From Candidatus Latescibacterota bacterium (GTDB lineage Bacteria; Latescibacterota; UBA2968; GCA-2709665), in the NCBI GenBank assembly GCA_965226795.1, contig CBDDDZ010000002.1, forward strand, positions 128,001 through 192,000: a stretch of DNA of 64,000 nt, read 5' to 3'. A program made the translations under genes and the position numbers. Positions within the stretch are counted from its first letter, which is position 1. The number at the start of each line of letters is the position of its first letter. This document shows positions 62,101 to 64,000 of the stretch, piece after piece. The notes beneath the pieces are model-generated. The model saw only the letters and a list, made by a program, of their open reading frames with translations. It had not been told where the DNA came from and searched no databases.

Positions 62101-62421
62101 GCCGTGCTCGCGGCGGAGGTCATTGACGGACACGTGTTTGCGGGCGCGTCGAACGGCTTTGTGCAGTGTTTCAACGCGGCAGGCAGCCGGTTGTGGCGCC
62201 GGTTTCTGGCCGCGCCGGTGGCCGGCCTGGCGCCGAATGAGAATGGCGGGTGTCTGGCGGTCCTGCGCGACGGGACAGTGGTTCGCCTGGACGGTTCGGG
62301 CGAGGTCGAGACCATCAACGCCGGCAAAACGGACGCCACTGCGGTGCAGTGGGCATCTCGATGGCCGGGGCGGGGCCTACTGATGGGCGGGACGGACGGT
62401 TCGCTCGAGTTCTACCGGTAG
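59107..62421 (+). CDS. Large heparinase-like / FG-GAP-PQQ beta-propeller protein
   Basis: RQNHQ, YLLLDGISGGSHSYQDGN, DIDGDG repeats; same architecture as 5648-9514; GGAGG RBS. Confidence 0.7.
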   Translation: MAFSHAIHETDLRKGVCISAPAAGPYQDAAGRLKVTLEDTLSGQVEVLPDGELDAGGRHVIALGNMMDSAFLRTLYFRAYDLTDRVWPGPGGWVVRTAPHSLAGVGHVVVAGVSSAEDIHGAAGALAGAIAENGAILPFHYEVHPGRWSDHYVTPANELMSKSNRDIEQESIGGGSGDWTYMMVVADIGMLAVQTGNEALMSMFCHQICHFARTRWFERKLEDPTLIHGFIRVLLLPFSILENHPSLPSAQREETLEALLGLFRSAEGAGNTGLLNCVGVDRVRQNHQTRSALDLFYGGRYFHQVHGLAEGLAWMKLAEVFFAPQMESNKPVCDSWGHQWGASLFNTADYALASGKTGYFSSVPYLEGVDRALVAHSNLERGPEQYCRMAAAVTGNDEYLQLCESIDEDAVAERTIRGAEEPLRTWVTGRRAAAPERLGRVGVAPLSRLFYDSIEDYTTFAPENGVYLRNLPYERTFDKVYFRSGWTDQDDYLLLDGISGGSHSYQDGNCIVRYTSRGASWFKSSGGNAPATVRDYTGVSVSVDGAGPGCESRYAALRYLEEGESLSVAGTSMTYPEQGDWYRHIVSSRDGWFLVVDEVWPAVSGEFLVECRWHLPGDATLSGGLLRSVQGDAQLSMRHVGSGRQELVASDYWCVEDHSRWIQRSVATLQPGTGIRFGTLFWSDPVSGGRDFSLVEEKAGFRIEGGGEPVAVVLAETIETPVVTASVATLPTAGRNVDASDSTPFRIAGGEAGPVWRTRCVNAVTALDIGMDRGFGGDGGGVTAFNPDGGVLWKREIEGGVRALAALSDGGAAAGGDGETVHRLDASGDTVWSYRIRWQPMNWDSWSRKNCVVLSLATGDIDGDGREEILVGCADRHVYAFEAEGNLLWRSPCQWGPPVCLETARLTEGTEQQTLAGLADPAIHAHTLVFGKDGKLSRTLQRPDIVSWSIPSWSRCLRVADVDGDGRDEVISGVDTNHRQLIVYGRDGEVVWDADLGGAVLAAEVIDGHVFAGASNGFVQCFNAAGSRLWRRFLAAPVAGLAPNENGGCLAVLRDGTVVRLDGSGEVETINAGKTDATAVQWASRWPGRGLLMGGTDGSLEFYR

Positions 62422-62557
62422 GCGTCCGCGACCGGAACAGCGATGGAACGCGAGACCCGCATCGGACAACGTGGTCAAGAGTCGGTGCAGGTACAGGGGT
62501 TGGATTTGTGCGCCTTTACAAATGGAATGGTTTCAGGTTCGTAGAGAGGATATCGAC

Positions 62558-64000
62558 ATGACGTTCTGCAAACCGATTCACGAGACGGATCTGACTTTGG
62601 GCGTCTGCATATCGGCGCCGGAGACAGGGCCGTATCGGGCTGCGGCGGAAGGATTGAAGGCCGTCCTGGAAGGGACGGTCCCGGGTAGCGTGGAGATTCT
62701 GCCGGACGCCCGTCTCGACGCGGGCGGACGCCACGTGATCGCACTGGGCAATATGATGGACAGCGCGTTCCTGAGAACGCTGTATTTCCGGGCGTACGAT
62801 CTGACGGACCGGGTCTGGCCGGGTCCCGGCGGATGGGCGATCCGTACTACACCGCACTCCCTGGAGGACGTGGGGCACGTGATCGTGGTTGGGGTGAGCG
62901 AGGCGGATGACGTTTCCCAGGCGGCGGATGCGCTGTGCAGTACGATCGGGGCCGAGGGAACCGCGCTACCGTATCAGCATCGGGTGAACCTGGGGAAATG
63001 GGCGGATCTGTACATGAAACCGGCGCAAGAGCGGCTGAACGTGGGCGACGAAGCGCTGGAGCGGGAGTTCACGAGCGGTCCGGGAGACTGGACCTACATG
63101 TGGGCCATATCGGAGATCGGGATGCTGGCCGTGCAGACCGGCATGGAGGCTCTGATACAGATGTTCTGCCGGCAGGTCTGCAACTTTGCGCGCACGCGGT
63201 GGTTCGAACGCCACCTGCCGGACCCGCCCCAGATCCACGGGTTCCTGAGGACCATGCTGCTTCCGTTCACCGTTTTGGATAACCATCCCGGCCTTCCCGG
63301 CGATCAGCGAGAGGAGACGCTCGAGGCGTTTCTGGGGCTATACCGGTCCACGGAGGGCGCCGGAAATCGCGGATTCCTGAGCCACGTGGGGGTGGACGGG
63401 GTGCGGCAGAACCATCAGACGATGTCGGGGCTGGATCTGTTTTATGGGGGCCGGTATTTCCACCAGGTGCATCAATTGGCGGAGGGTCGGGCATGGATGA
63501 AGCTGTCCGACGTGTTTTTCGAGCCTCAGATGACGTCGAACAAGCCGGTCTGCGATTCGTGGGGGCACCAGTGGGCGTTTTCGCTCTTCAATACCGCCGA
63601 TTATGCGCTGGCTTCGGGAAAGATGGACTATTTCTCCAGCAAACCGTATCTGGAAGGCGTGGACCGGGCGTTGATCGCGCACAGCAACCTCGAAGGCGGG
63701 CCGCAGCAGTATATGTTGATGGCCGCGGCGGTGACGGGGAACGACGAATACCTCCAGCACTGCGGGACCCGGGATGACGACACCCTGGCGGAGAAGGCCG
63801 TGCGGCAAAACGTGGAACCGTTCCGTACCTGGGTGACGGGACGGAACGCCGCAGAGCCGGAGCGGATGGGGCGTGTTGGGGTGGCTCCGCTCTCGCAACT
63901 GTTCTACGATTCTATTGAGGATATCGGAGGATTCGCCCCCGAGGGGGTGTACCTGCGTGACGTGCCATTCGAACAGGCGTTCGACAAGGTGTATTTCCGT
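62558..64000 (+). CDS. Tandem paralogue of 59107-62421 (runs off window end)
   Basis: MTFCKPIHETDL..HVIALGNMMDSAFLRTLYFRAYDLTDRVWPGPGGW nearly identical to the upstream gene; AGAGGA RBS. Confidence 0.85.
   Translation, partial: MTFCKPIHETDLTLGVCISAPETGPYRAAAEGLKAVLEGTVPGSVEILPDARLDAGGRHVIALGNMMDSAFLRTLYFRAYDLTDRVWPGPGGWAIRTTPHSLEDVGHVIVVGVSEADDVSQAADALCSTIGAEGTALPYQHRVNLGKWADLYMKPAQERLNVGDEALEREFTSGPGDWTYMWAISEIGMLAVQTGMEALIQMFCRQVCNFARTRWFERHLPDPPQIHGFLRTMLLPFTVLDNHPGLPGDQREETLEAFLGLYRSTEGAGNRGFLSHVGVDGVRQNHQTMSGLDLFYGGRYFHQVHQLAEGRAWMKLSDVFFEPQMTSNKPVCDSWGHQWAFSLFNTADYALASGKMDYFSSKPYLEGVDRALIAHSNLEGGPQQYMLMAAAVTGNDEYLQHCGTRDDDTLAEKAVRQNVEPFRTWVTGRNAAEPERMGRVGVAPLSQLFYDSIEDIGGFAPEGVYLRDVPFEQAFDKVYFR

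Overview
GC-rich bacterial genomic window. The gene content (many PhyH dioxygenases, Gfo/Idh/MocA oxidoreductases and heparinase-like lyases) resembles polysaccharide-degrading uncultured lineages such as Latescibacterota or Poribacteria; this is inference only. Layout: (i) 1-25.3 kb holds carbohydrate-catabolism genes, repeat-filled intergenic regions, a small toxin/immunity-like pair, a TIGR04255 three-gene module and an ECF sigma/anti-sigma unit. (ii) About 25.3-58.9 kb is a defence island built on an SNF2 helicase-DUF3883 / DUF1156 adenine methyltransferase / Swt1-DUF499 ATPase restriction-like (BREX-related) core. The core is split by cargo modules (HATPase-STAS-PIN, AAA+nuclease, PHP-ATPase, Schlafen/AlbA_2, DUF488, AAA+DUF4276) and by an IS1380, with an IS1182 and a MazF-like pair at the right edge. 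(iii) 59.1-64 kb holds tandem paralogues of a large lyase-like/beta-propeller protein. Most striking signal: both tandem methyltransferase genes carry an intact REP-associated tyrosine transposase (RAYT, HUH/Y1) domain inserted in frame and bounded by inverted REP hairpins. The insert lies inside a near-identical tract shared by two otherwise diverged genes. A second, free-standing RAYT is preceded in frame by decayed methyltransferase sequence from a second loop, where one methyltransferase still retains a REP scar. This suggests a RAYT/REP element that repeatedly colonises (possibly homes into or diversifies) defence methyltransferases. The IS1380 transposase has also been hit four times by a tiny CCTGCCTG..CAGGCAGG palindrome. 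All family assignments are from motif recognition by eye, not database searches.
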